From Candidatus Sumerlaeia bacterium (lineage in GTDB: Bacteria; Sumerlaeota; Sumerlaeia; SLMS01; JANRJK01): a DNA stretch of 64,000 nucleotides. The first letter of the stretch is position 1. Each line of letters starts with the position of its first letter. Position numbers and translations under genes: made by a program. The notes below the pieces were generated by a model. It did no database searches. It worked only from the letters and a program-made list of their open reading frames with translations, and was not told the origin of the DNA. Where the stretch lies: positions 160,001-224,000 of the forward strand of contig JANRJK010000013.1 in assembly GCA_033764015.1 (NCBI GenBank), given 5' to 3'. Positions 9,000-17,704 of the stretch are shown here, piece by piece.

Positions 9000-9446
9000 A
9001 TGTGTGCAGCCAACCTCAACCCTCTCCGGGTGCTTCTGGCCGCTACGGCGCTTCTTGCCCTCGCCGGCGCTGGAGTCCCCGACACTCCGTACTACGAAGG
9101 GGCGAAGTGTAACGGGGTAAACCCTTGTGTCCCTAGTTCACAGCCCTGTAATTGTTATGAAGCAAGTACCGGTTCTTGCGGCTCGACCCAGCCGACAGCA
9201 TGTAGCCCTTTCACCGGAAATGTGACCAGTGGCATCGGTGCGAATTGCGGGAGTACCACGTTGGATTTGGCTTGTCAGTCATACACGTCGCCAACGGAGT
9301 TCCCTTGCCTATACGCAGCCAACTGTAGGCGGCGGAAGGATCAAAATGGTGTTTACTACTGCGTACTGACGCCAACCACTACTCCCATAGCATGGGCTAC
9401 AAATGTGTGTATAACTCTACTTCCTTCAGGAGGAGGACTCGAGTGA
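9000..9446 (+). CDS. Secreted cysteine-rich small protein (12 Cys in the mature region)
   Basis: Hydrophobic signal RVLLAATALLALAGA; AAGGA RBS; low-GC codon usage; TGATG coupling to the next ORF. Confidence 0.7.
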   Translation: MCAANLNPLRVLLAATALLALAGAGVPDTPYYEGAKCNGVNPCVPSSQPCNCYEASTGSCGSTQPTACSPFTGNVTSGIGANCGSTTLDLACQSYTSPTEFPCLYAANCRRRKDQNGVYYCVLTPTTTPIAWATNVCITLLPSGGGLE

Positions 9447-10387
9447 TGCCTAACCCGCGTGTCAACAACTACTTGGCGATTGCGAGTGCCGCGATCCTGC
9501 TTCGTGGAGCCACTCTGGTGGCGCAACCATCTCCGACACCGTCCGCGACAGACGTAGTAGCCCTGACAGTACGTGAGACTAGCACCAAGTACAGCGTTGT
9601 GATTCGCGACTACTCTGCCGGCACTTTGGTTTCCGAAGCGTCTGGGGAGGTCTGTGTTCGATTGGCAGGAGTTCACTCTGCGGTTCTCTTCCAATATCAC
9701 TTACCAGGCAGCAGCACGGAGTCGCTGAGGCGGCTTGGGCCCACACTAGCATGGTTCTACGAATCGGGCGTTTTGGTCGGTGCCTTCGATGGCACACGCG
9801 TCGTACACCCAGATTCCTCGCCTTCGCACCCGCTTCCTTTCATTCCGATCATCGAAACGGATTTGCGTCAAAGTCGGGGGCCGGATGGATCGATTCGAAC
9901 TGCCCAGCAAACTGAACGCTTCATCGAAGAGTCGGTTCGAGGGCAACTGTCCGAGGTGGTAGCGGATACACCGCTTCTTTACGATGTTCGCGGACGGACT
10001 GTCGTTAGCTTTGGAAATGGCTTTTCTACTTTTGGCGGCATTCGCTCAGAGTTTGAGGACGGGAGCGGACTCCTAAAGCGCCAGGTTGGGTACACGGTTG
10101 TGACGACGCCGAGCGGATCGACAGTAGAATTTCCAGACCACACACTTGAGATCGAGCGCGAGGACGGGTTCCTCACTTCACGCGCCATTTGCAGATTCTA
10201 CGAGTCGCCCATGGAGTACCTTGGAATTAGCTTGGACAACGCGGGCGACGCAGAAGCGAGACGACTGCACACCCTCAGACCAGAATTTCTCATGGCGCAG
10301 GAGGCCGCTGTGGACATCAAGGGACTGCGTGACATCGACGACCTACCAGTCTCCCTAAGCCAATTTCAGGCGCTCGTGGATGGATAG
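9446..10387 (+). CDS. Hypothetical secreted protein
   Basis: MPNPRVNNYLAIASAAILLRGATLVAQ signal-like N-terminus; GGAGGAGG RBS; 313-aa low-GC ORF. Confidence 0.7.
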   Translation: MPNPRVNNYLAIASAAILLRGATLVAQPSPTPSATDVVALTVRETSTKYSVVIRDYSAGTLVSEASGEVCVRLAGVHSAVLFQYHLPGSSTESLRRLGPTLAWFYESGVLVGAFDGTRVVHPDSSPSHPLPFIPIIETDLRQSRGPDGSIRTAQQTERFIEESVRGQLSEVVADTPLLYDVRGRTVVSFGNGFSTFGGIRSEFEDGSGLLKRQVGYTVVTTPSGSTVEFPDHTLEIEREDGFLTSRAICRFYESPMEYLGISLDNAGDAEARRLHTLRPEFLMAQEAAVDIKGLRDIDDLPVSLSQFQALVDG

Positions 10388-10417
10388 GCGAAGTCGACCA
10401 TAAATGATTTCAACTAT

Positions 10418-10452
10418 AGATCCCCCCTGAGGCACCGCCTCGGGGGAGATCT
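10418..10452. terminator. Hairpin between convergent genes (likely bidirectional terminator)
   Basis: agatcccccctgaggc-acc-gcctcgggggagatct imperfect inverted repeat. Confidence 0.6.
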
Positions 10453-10478
10453 TCTGTCCGGCCTTGAAAGGGACTCTC

Positions 10479-10916
10479 TTAGCCGACGGTCCGCTCGAAA
10501 ACCTCGAAGCAGCGGTAGCCGAACTCGCGGGCGGCTCGCTGCTGGTCGGGGTAGCCGAACGCGTCCTCCCAGCCCTCCTGCCGAGCCCGCCAGGCGCAGT
10601 CCCAGACGAAGCGGAACTCGATCTCGCCCGGATTCACGACGGCCTTTCCACGGTAGTCGGAGCAGCCACTCTCGCCGTCGACCCGCACCGAGTCGATCGC
10701 CAGGCCCGGCGCGCGCTCAAGCAACCCCATGATCGCGCGCATTACCTTCACGGGAGGGTTGTGCCGACCGAACACGACCCGTTCGTTGGGGCGCTGGGTC
10801 TGGGCGAAGTGGACCACCGCCTCGCGGAACTCGCGGCTGGCCTTCGAGCTTTCGAGGAGCTCTTCAAGGGTGCCGATGCCGGGGAGGGCCTGCGGACGGG
10901 GCGAAAACAAGGACAT
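10479..10916 (-). CDS. Conserved hypothetical protein
   Basis: MSLFSPRP...SGCSDYRG...FVWDCAWRA...GYPDQQRAAREFGYRCF. Differences from the duplicated 3' copy are mostly synonymous, which supports coding. Confidence 0.8.
   Translation of the reverse strand: MSLFSPRPQALPGIGTLEELLESSKASREFREAVVHFAQTQRPNERVVFGRHNPPVKVMRAIMGLLERAPGLAIDSVRVDGESGCSDYRGKAVVNPGEIEFRFVWDCAWRARQEGWEDAFGYPDQQRAAREFGYRCFEVFERTVG
10501..10574. repeat. 74-bp perfect direct repeat, copy 2
   Basis: Identical to 8716-8789. Confidence 0.95.
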
Positions 10917-10992
10917 TGCGGAGCTTTCGTGCGGAAGAGGTTGGCGCGGTCGGGCTTCCCGTTGCGGGTCCCACGCCATTGTAGGCAACGGC

Positions 10993-11041
10993 CTTGCCAC
11001 TTTGGCAAGCGTGGTATAGTAACAAATGGTTTATTTACTAT
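10993..11041 (+). promoter_or_regulatory. Extended -10 promoter overlapped by two inverted repeats (putative operators)
   Basis: CTTGCCA-ctt-TGGCAAG (10993-11009); TGgTATAGT (11012-11020); ATAGTAA-N12-TTACTAT (11016-11041). The patch is AT-rich in a GC-rich context. Confidence 0.55.
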
Positions 11042-11097
11042 TGACGCGCCGACCCCTACTCGGTCACACCACCCCATCGCCACCAGGAGCACCGGCC

Positions 11098-14010
11098 ATG
11101 ACCGCCACTCCGGAACTCAACGTCATCCTCCTTCGCCTCGACGCGCACGACTCGCGGATCGAGCAGCTTGAACGGCGCGTCCGCCGGTTGTCCGCCCTGA
11201 CGCCCCACGGACTGACGGTCGAGGACCACGCGCTCCCGGTCGAGGCGCCCCCGGTGGCGCCGTCCGCGCCGGTGCCCGCGCAGCCGGTCCCCGCGGACCC
11301 TGTGCCCGCTCCCGAGTGGACCCCGCCGCCGCCCCCGCTTCGCCCCGCCGCCGTCCCCGCCCCCGCGCTTGTGGCCGTGGCGGCCCCCGCGGAGCGGCCC
11401 GCCGCCGAGGCCTTCGAGCTCCGCCTCGCCACGCTGCTGCCCAAGGTCGGCGGCGCGCTGGTGGTGCTGGGGCTGGCGTTCCTCGCGGCGGTGGTGACGC
11501 CCCGGCTCGGGCCGCTGGGCAAGCTGGCGGGCGCCTACGCGCTTTGCGGCGCGCTCGTCGCGCTGGGGCGGGTGGTCCGGCGGCGGCACGAACTGGCGGG
11601 CCGGGCGACGGTGGCCACCGGCCTTGCGGTCGGCTTCTTCGCCTCCTACGCGGGGCACTTCGTCCAGGCGCTCGGCGTGCTGCCGCTCGGAGCGTCGCTG
11701 GTCGGCATGGCGGCGTTCTCCGCGGCGATCGTTTGGCTGGCGGAGCGCTGGCGTTCGGAGGCCACGGGCGTGTTCGGCTTCGCGCTGGCGCTGCTGGCGG
11801 TGCTGGCGTCGGCGCCGGCGGCGGGCATCTACGCGCCGGTCGGGGTGGTGGTGCTGGCGCTCGGCGCGGCGGCGCTCCTGCTGCGCAACGAGTGGCGCGC
11901 GCTCACGCTGCTTGCGCTCAGCGGCGCCTACGGCGCGTTGGGGCTGCTGCCGATGCTGGCGCCAGCGGTGCGCGATAGCGGACTCGGGCTCGCGGCGTGG
12001 TCGCTCGCGCTGGTGCACCTCGTGTTCGCGGCGGCGTTCCTCCGCTGGGGGCGCCGCTGGGTGGCGTTCGAGATGGCCGCGGAGGAAGCCCGCGGGCGCG
12101 AGGCGCTCCCCGAGGGACCCGTGGAAGGCGCCCCGTTCGGACGCGCCTTCGCGGTGCTGAACAGCGCGGGGCTGCTTGGCGTCGCGCTGTGGTACATGTC
12201 GGCGGCGGAGCTGTCCGCGCTGGAGCGCTCGCCCTGGTACATGGCGATCGCGCTCCTCGAGTGCGGCCGCATCGCGCTGCGCGTCCATCGCCGGGGCGGG
12301 CTGCTCGTGGTCCACGCGGCGTTCGCGCTGGGATTGGCGTCGGCGGCCGCGTCGGCCGGCTTGTCGAAGGGGGCTTCGGCGCCGGCGCTCGCCTCGCTCG
12401 CGCTGGGCGCGGTGCTGGCGGGATGGCTCGTTCGCGAGCTGCGCTGGCTGCGGTACCTCGCGGTGCCCGTCATGTTGATGGCGGGCTTCACCGCGCTGTC
12501 GATCCCCGGCGTGCCGACGCTTTCCGGCCAGGCGCTGCTGCTGCCGACAGCGGCGTTGCTGCTGGCGGCGGCGTGGCCGTGGGCGCGCACGCTCGGATCG
12601 CGCGCCGGAGGTGCGCCGGTTTCAATTGCGGGGCGGCTCTTGACCGCGGCGTCGATGCAGGTCGCGGGCCTCGCCGGTTCGGCGGTGCTCCTGCGCGGCA
12701 TGTACGACGCCGCCTCCGTCTCGCAAGCCCCGCAGGAATGGCCGCTCGCGGCGTTCCTCGCGCTTGCGCTTCCGGCGGGTGCCGTCGCGTTGCGGGCGCG
12801 CGGCTGGGCGCTCGGGGCAATGTCTTGCGGGGCGGTGTTCTGCGTGGGCGTCGCCTGGGACTTCTCCACCTCCGCACCGGCGGGAGCGCTTGTCGGGATG
12901 CTCGCGGCGGTCACCGCGATGCTGGGGCTGTGGAGCCTTCTCGCCACCCGCGCCGAGAACACGCTTGAGCGGGTTGCGATCGTGCTCCTGCTGCTGCTCC
13001 CGGGGTTGCTGGCGTTCATCGCGCTCACGGAAATCTTCGAAGAGTCGGCTGGTGTGGTGGCACACCGCGGGCTGCTCTTCAGTGCCGCCGCCGCCGCGTT
13101 CGGCGCAGCGTGGCTGGGGGTCGAACGCGCGGCCCGCTGGTGGGCGAGGATGGACGGCCTCGAAGCGCCCCCCTCAACGGCGCCGGCGCTCCTCTGGCAC
13201 GCCGGGTCCGCTGTCCTGCTCGCCGCGCTGGCCTTGGCGGGAGCGGTCGCCGACGCGCCCCGGACGCTGCTCGACGCGGCGGTGCTGGTTGCCGCCTTCG
13301 CGGTGGCGGCGGTTGCCGCGCCCCGGTTCTCCGCGCGCCATGGCGCGATGGCCGGAGCCGCCGCGGCGGGGGCTGCGGCGGTCACCGCGCTCGCGGCTGG
13401 CGTCTCCGCGCTGGGACCAACCGGCGCGGCGGTGCTGCCGTCGGCGATGCTGGCGGCGGCGGCGGTGGGCTACGGGCTCGTCGCCTCGCGCCGCGAGCTG
13501 GCGCTCACCGGCTCCGCCGTGCTGCTCGCGCAGACCTTCCTGCTGCCGTTCCTCCGGATCGACGCGACCGCTCCGCAAGCGCTCACGGTGGCGGCGCTGG
13601 GCCTTGTGGCGGGGGCGGCGCTCTTCGCCCGCGACGGCGCGCGCGGCGGCGACGACCGCGCGGCGCAGGGCCTCGGCGGGCTGCTCCTGCTGTTCGGCGG
13701 CGCGGCGGCGCTCTTCCTGCTCGGGCACCAGCCTTTCCTCCCGGGCTCGCTCGTGACGCTCGCCTGGGGCGCCCTCGCGGCGGGGCTGCTGGCCTCGGGC
13801 CTGCTGTTCCTGCGGAAGCCGCTCCGGCTCGCGGCGCTCGCGGTGTTCGCGTGCGCGGTCGCCCGCCTCCTGCTGGTGGACCTCGCGGGGCTCGACCTTC
13901 TGGCGAAGGGCGTCGCGGCGCTGGGCGTCGGGCTGCTGCTAGTGGGCGCGGGCGTCGGCTACGCCTACGCGGAGCGGAAGCTGCGCGAGGGCCTGCCGCC
14001 GCCGGAGTGA
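11098..14010 (+). CDS. DUF2339-like large polytopic membrane protein
   Basis: Coiled-coil/Pro-rich N-terminus, FELRLATLLPKVGGALVVLGLAFL, many TM segments, C-terminal RLLLVDLAGLDLLAKGVAALGVGLLL. Confidence 0.8.
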   Translation: MTATPELNVILLRLDAHDSRIEQLERRVRRLSALTPHGLTVEDHALPVEAPPVAPSAPVPAQPVPADPVPAPEWTPPPPPLRPAAVPAPALVAVAAPAERPAAEAFELRLATLLPKVGGALVVLGLAFLAAVVTPRLGPLGKLAGAYALCGALVALGRVVRRRHELAGRATVATGLAVGFFASYAGHFVQALGVLPLGASLVGMAAFSAAIVWLAERWRSEATGVFGFALALLAVLASAPAAGIYAPVGVVVLALGAAALLLRNEWRALTLLALSGAYGALGLLPMLAPAVRDSGLGLAAWSLALVHLVFAAAFLRWGRRWVAFEMAAEEARGREALPEGPVEGAPFGRAFAVLNSAGLLGVALWYMSAAELSALERSPWYMAIALLECGRIALRVHRRGGLLVVHAAFALGLASAAASAGLSKGASAPALASLALGAVLAGWLVRELRWLRYLAVPVMLMAGFTALSIPGVPTLSGQALLLPTAALLLAAAWPWARTLGSRAGGAPVSIAGRLLTAASMQVAGLAGSAVLLRGMYDAASVSQAPQEWPLAAFLALALPAGAVALRARGWALGAMSCGAVFCVGVAWDFSTSAPAGALVGMLAAVTAMLGLWSLLATRAENTLERVAIVLLLLLPGLLAFIALTEIFEESAGVVAHRGLLFSAAAAAFGAAWLGVERAARWWARMDGLEAPPSTAPALLWHAGSAVLLAALALAGAVADAPRTLLDAAVLVAAFAVAAVAAPRFSARHGAMAGAAAAGAAAVTALAAGVSALGPTGAAVLPSAMLAAAAVGYGLVASRRELALTGSAVLLAQTFLLPFLRIDATAPQALTVAALGLVAGAALFARDGARGGDDRAAQGLGGLLLLFGGAAALFLLGHQPFLPGSLVTLAWGALAAGLLASGLLFLRKPLRLAALAVFACAVARLLLVDLAGLDLLAKGVAALGVGLLLVGAGVGYAYAERKLREGLPPPE

Positions 14011-14014
14011 GCCG

Positions 14015-15247
14015 CTACTCGCTCCGCAGCGCCTCGATGGGATCGAGCCGCGACGCCTTGAAGGACGGGTAGAAGCCGAAGAAGAAGCCGACGCCGGCGG
14101 CGACCGTCACGCTGATGACGACCGCCTCCGGCGGCACGATGGTCGTCCAGCCGGCGTAGGCCGAAATCCCCCGCGCGAGGCCCGTCCCGAGCCCGATGCC
14201 GATCAGCCCGCCGAAGATGCTGATCAGCAGCGACTCGATGATGAACTGCGAGAGGATGTCGCGCTGCGTGGCGCCGAGCGCCCGGCGGATGCCGATCTCG
14301 CGCGTGCGCTGCGTGACGCTCGCCAGCATGATGTTCATGATGCCGATGCCGCCCACCAGCAGCGAGATCGCCGCGATGAACACCAGCACCTGCGAAAGGA
14401 TGTTCTTCGTCTGCTGCTGCTGGCGGATCAGCTCCTCCGGCACCAGCACGCGGAAGGTGGCGACGTTGTTCTGGCGGCGCAGGAGGATCCGCTCCGCGAG
14501 CGCGGCGGACTCGCGCAGCGGCTGCGTCCCGTCCGACTTGAGGATGATTTCGTCGAGCTGTTCGTTCCGCGGGTCGTCGGTCCCCACGCGCCGCAGCGCC
14601 GAAGTGAGCGGCAGGAACACCGCGCGGTCCACGTCGATGGACTCGACCACGCTGCCGCCCTTCCGCGCCCGGGGCGCCAGGGTGCCGACCACCGCGAACG
14701 GGCGCCCGTCCACCAGCAGCGTCTGGCCGACGGGCTCGACCAGCGGGAACGCCGCGCGCCGCACCGCGTCGCCGATCACCACCACGCGCTTCGCCTCCTC
14801 CAGGTCCAGCGCCGCGAGGAACCTCCCCTGGTCCACCCGGTAGCCCACGATGTCGGGGAGCGCCTCGTTGGTGCCGTAGACCTCGGCGGTGATGGTGCGT
14901 CCCTCGGCGGCGACCGGCACGTCGATGATCTTCAGGGGCGCCGCGTGCGTGATGCCGGGAACCGCCGCGACGAGCGCGTCGGCGTCCACGCGGCGCAGCC
15001 CCCAGGGGGCCTGCCTCTGCGCGAGCGCCTCGTCCGCGCCCCGCAGCGTGGCCTTCTTGACCCGCACCGTGTTGGAGCCGAGCTCCGCGAGCTGCCGCGC
15101 CAGCTCCTCGCGCGCGCCGGCGCCGATCGCCGAGGTGCTGATCACCGCCGCGACGCCGAAGATCACGCCTAGCATCGTCAGCGAGCTGCGCATCTTGTGC
15201 ATCGCCAGCTCGCGCCAGCCGATCCGGAGCGATTCCCCGAGGTGCAT
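14015..15247 (-). CDS. MacB/FtsX-type ABC transporter permease
   Basis: KMRSSLTMLGVIFGVAAV, ISLLVGGIGIMNIMLASVTQRTREIGIRRALGA, ASRLDPIEALRSE. Confidence 0.95.
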   Translation of the reverse strand: MHLGESLRIGWRELAMHKMRSSLTMLGVIFGVAAVISTSAIGAGAREELARQLAELGSNTVRVKKATLRGADEALAQRQAPWGLRRVDADALVAAVPGITHAAPLKIIDVPVAAEGRTITAEVYGTNEALPDIVGYRVDQGRFLAALDLEEAKRVVVIGDAVRRAAFPLVEPVGQTLLVDGRPFAVVGTLAPRARKGGSVVESIDVDRAVFLPLTSALRRVGTDDPRNEQLDEIILKSDGTQPLRESAALAERILLRRQNNVATFRVLVPEELIRQQQQTKNILSQVLVFIAAISLLVGGIGIMNIMLASVTQRTREIGIRRALGATQRDILSQFIIESLLISIFGGLIGIGLGTGLARGISAYAGWTTIVPPEAVVISVTVAAGVGFFFGFYPSFKASRLDPIEALRSE

Positions 15248-15356
15248 CCCGCGTCCTTCCGCCGTTGATTCCGTTGACCGCGCGCCCTGCCGGGACGCAT
15301 CGCCGTGCGAGGAAATGCCCCGGGCCGCCCCGTGGCCACAACGGAAGAGACCGCGC

Positions 15357-16136
15357 ATGGAAACGATCCTCAGGCGATGGGCCTGGGACTGCTTCGACCA
15401 GTTCGGCCGCCTCGTGGCGGTCAACGTGCTGCTGTGCGCCATCGCCGTGCCCGCGTTCATGTCCGCCCTCGACCTCGCTGAACGCATCGGGCCGGAGGGC
15501 GCGGGCTGGGTGCTGTTCACGTCGCTGCTGCTGTTCGCGGCGGTGTCCGGATTCGGGACGCTCTGGTTCGCGCCGCTCCTCTGGTTCCTGAACGTCGAAC
15601 TCCGCCGCGAGTCTCCGCCGCTGCGCCGCTTGTGGGACGGATTGCGGACCCGTTCCGGCCCGGTGTTCCGCTTCCTCGCGGCATGTGGAGCGATCGCGGC
15701 CGCGCTTTGGAGCAGCGTCTGGTTCTACGCCTTCTCCGGCGTCCTCCCCGAATCGCTCAAGCTCCTCGGCTACACGCTCTCCGCCCTCTCGCTGTGGATG
15801 CTCCTCTTCCTCGCCGGAGTCGCAGCGCACGGCGTGGTCCTCGCCGCCCGCGAGGACCGCCCGCTCGGGCGCCTCTTCCGCCTCGCGGCGATGCTCTCGG
15901 TGGCGCGCGCCCGGGCCACGTTCATCTCCATCGCCTTCATCGCGGTCTTCTGGTTCTTCGCCTGGCTCTGCCAACTGGTCGGCGTCTTGCTGATCGCCTT
16001 CAGCGCGACGGTGGTGCTGCTCAACGCGCTCCACGAGGACACGCTGCGATGGCAGCGGCGCCTCGCGGGGGAGGACGTCCCGGACGACGAACACTACACC
16101 CGCACAGTCGGTGAAGTGCTTCGCCCCTGGCAGTAG
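15357..16136 (+). CDS. Integral membrane protein (DUF624/YesL-like)
   Basis: METILRRWAWDCFDQFGRLVAVNVLL, about 6 TM helices, C-terminal RTVGEVLRPWQ. Confidence 0.7.
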   Translation: METILRRWAWDCFDQFGRLVAVNVLLCAIAVPAFMSALDLAERIGPEGAGWVLFTSLLLFAAVSGFGTLWFAPLLWFLNVELRRESPPLRRLWDGLRTRSGPVFRFLAACGAIAAALWSSVWFYAFSGVLPESLKLLGYTLSALSLWMLLFLAGVAAHGVVLAAREDRPLGRLFRLAAMLSVARARATFISIAFIAVFWFFAWLCQLVGVLLIAFSATVVLLNALHEDTLRWQRRLAGEDVPDDEHYTRTVGEVLRPWQ

Positions 16137-16208
16137 CCGCGTCGTGAACGCTTGCCCCCCGGGAGGCTGCGCGGCCCAAAAGAACGCAGGTTCGATGATC
16201 GAAACTCT

Positions 16209-16238
16209 TTGCGCAGCCGACCGCGACGCTGCTAAAAT
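16209..16238 (+). promoter_or_regulatory. Putative sigma70 promoter of the ferredoxin gene
   Basis: TTGCGC, 18 nt, TAAAAT, with an upstream TG (extended -10). Confidence 0.45.
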
Positions 16239-16277
16239 GGAAACAACGCGGAAAGAAAGGACTCTAGCCAGCCCACC

Positions 16278-16508
16278 ATGGCCGATCTCAACAACCGACT
16301 CTCGGAAAACGTCCCCGGCAAATTCTTCGTGGACGACCAGTGCATCGACTGCGACGCGTGCCGCGCGACCGCGCCGGACAACTTCGCCCGCAACGACGAG
16401 AAGGGTTACTCCTACGTCTTCAAGCAGCCCGCCAACCAGCTCGAGGCGCAGCTCTGCCGCGACGCCCTCGAAGGCTGCCCCGTCGAGGCCATCGGCGACA
16501 ACGGCTGA
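16278..16508 (+). CDS. Monocluster [4Fe-4S]/[3Fe-4S] ferredoxin
   Basis: FFVDDQCIDCDACR...APDNF...ALEGCPVEAIG. Confidence 0.95.
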   Translation: MADLNNRLSENVPGKFFVDDQCIDCDACRATAPDNFARNDEKGYSYVFKQPANQLEAQLCRDALEGCPVEAIGDNG

Positions 16509-16531
16509 GCGGAGCAATCCCCGGAAACACC

Positions 16532-16558
16532 GCGGGGCCTGCCATCGGCAGGCCCCGC
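16532..16558. terminator. Perfect 12-bp stem hairpin downstream of the ferredoxin
   Basis: gcggggcctgcc-atc-ggcaggccccgc. Confidence 0.6.
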
Positions 16559-16694
16559 AGCGGCTCAGTACATGGTGACCGGGAGGTCGAAACCCTCGGT
16601 CATTACGCGGACGGTGGCGAATGTCGCGAGCGGGCGGCAAGCGCAAACACGCAATTTCACACCTAAAGATGCGTCGCAGTTCGCTTGAGGAAAT

Positions 16695-17477
16695 TCAAGC
16701 GCCGGATTTCTCCACCACCACCATCACAAACCAGCAACGGCGACGCGATCCGGGCCAAAGCCTGAAGAGCGCCCGGTCGAGCCCGTCCAGCGCGGCCTCG
16801 CTCCGGCGCAACAGGCCCGCATTCGGAACCGCGAACGCGAAGGCGAGCGCGAAGAACGCGAGGAAGTGGCTGCGCCGCACCCGTACCCGGGCGCCGGGAA
16901 ATCCCGCCGCGAGCGCCCCCACCTCGCCATCGCCGAAATAGGTAGTGATGTGTTCCCACACCTTCGGCGCGGCGAGCCGGCGGTAGGCGCGGACGAACGG
17001 GTTGTGCGGGGTCGGCTCGATGAAGACACCCCGGCCGCCGGGACGCAGCACGCGGTTCAGCTCCGCCGCCGCGCGCGGCAGGTCGGTGTGGATCAGCACG
17101 CTCTTGGTCAGCAGCGCATCCACCGAGGCGTCCGCCAGCGGGAGGAATTCCGCGAGCCCGGCGACCGCGGCGGCGCGGCATCCCGGCGAGAGGACCGCGA
17201 GGTTCCGGTTACCCTCCGCCAGGCGCGTCGCCGCGAGATCGACGATCACGACCTCGGCGCCGCGGCGCGCGAGGAGCGCGGCCGCGAGTCCCAGCCCGTC
17301 GCCGAGCGCGAGCACGCGTCTGCCGCGAAGCGGGCCGAGCGCGCGCAGGGCGCGGCGGATATCGAGCGTTTCGTATAGTCCCAGCTCCGCGCGCGGGTCG
17401 CTGCGGCGCTCCGCGGCGAGGTTTCGCGCATCGAGTGTGGCGGCCCAATGCCGCCGGTTTCGCTGCCAACGGTCCAA
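16695..17477 (-). CDS. Class I SAM-dependent methyltransferase (start uncertain, TTG)
   Basis: RVLALGDGLG motif I variant, AEFLPLADASVD, ELNRVLRPGGRGVFIEP. Confidence 0.8.
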   Translation of the reverse strand: MDRWQRNRRHWAATLDARNLAAERRSDPRAELGLYETLDIRRALRALGPLRGRRVLALGDGLGLAAALLARRGAEVVIVDLAATRLAEGNRNLAVLSPGCRAAAVAGLAEFLPLADASVDALLTKSVLIHTDLPRAAAELNRVLRPGGRGVFIEPTPHNPFVRAYRRLAAPKVWEHITTYFGDGEVGALAAGFPGARVRVRRSHFLAFFALAFAFAVPNAGLLRRSEAALDGLDRALFRLWPGSRRRCWFVMVVVEKSGA

Positions 17478-17704
17478 GCTGGCGCCGCCTTTGCTCCCCG
17501 CATTGCCGCCGGGGGTCGATGCCGTCGAGCCTCCCCGCGGCGCCGCGGGCGGCGCACGCGCTTTCCAAGGTTGCGCCCGATGTGTTTTTCGACTGACACC
17601 CTGCGGTGCGGAGCGGCGTCGTAGAGGTCGCTTGGACGTGGCAGGAACGGGACGCGGGCCTCTGCCGGGGGCGCGGGACGCTCCAATCCTTCGAGGTGCG
17701 CAAG

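Noticed and set aside
8716..10574. Direct repeat pair as DGR TR/VR or CRISPR repeats
   Set aside because: There are only two copies, and the differences are mainly synonymous third-position changes rather than adenine-specific. No RT or cas genes.
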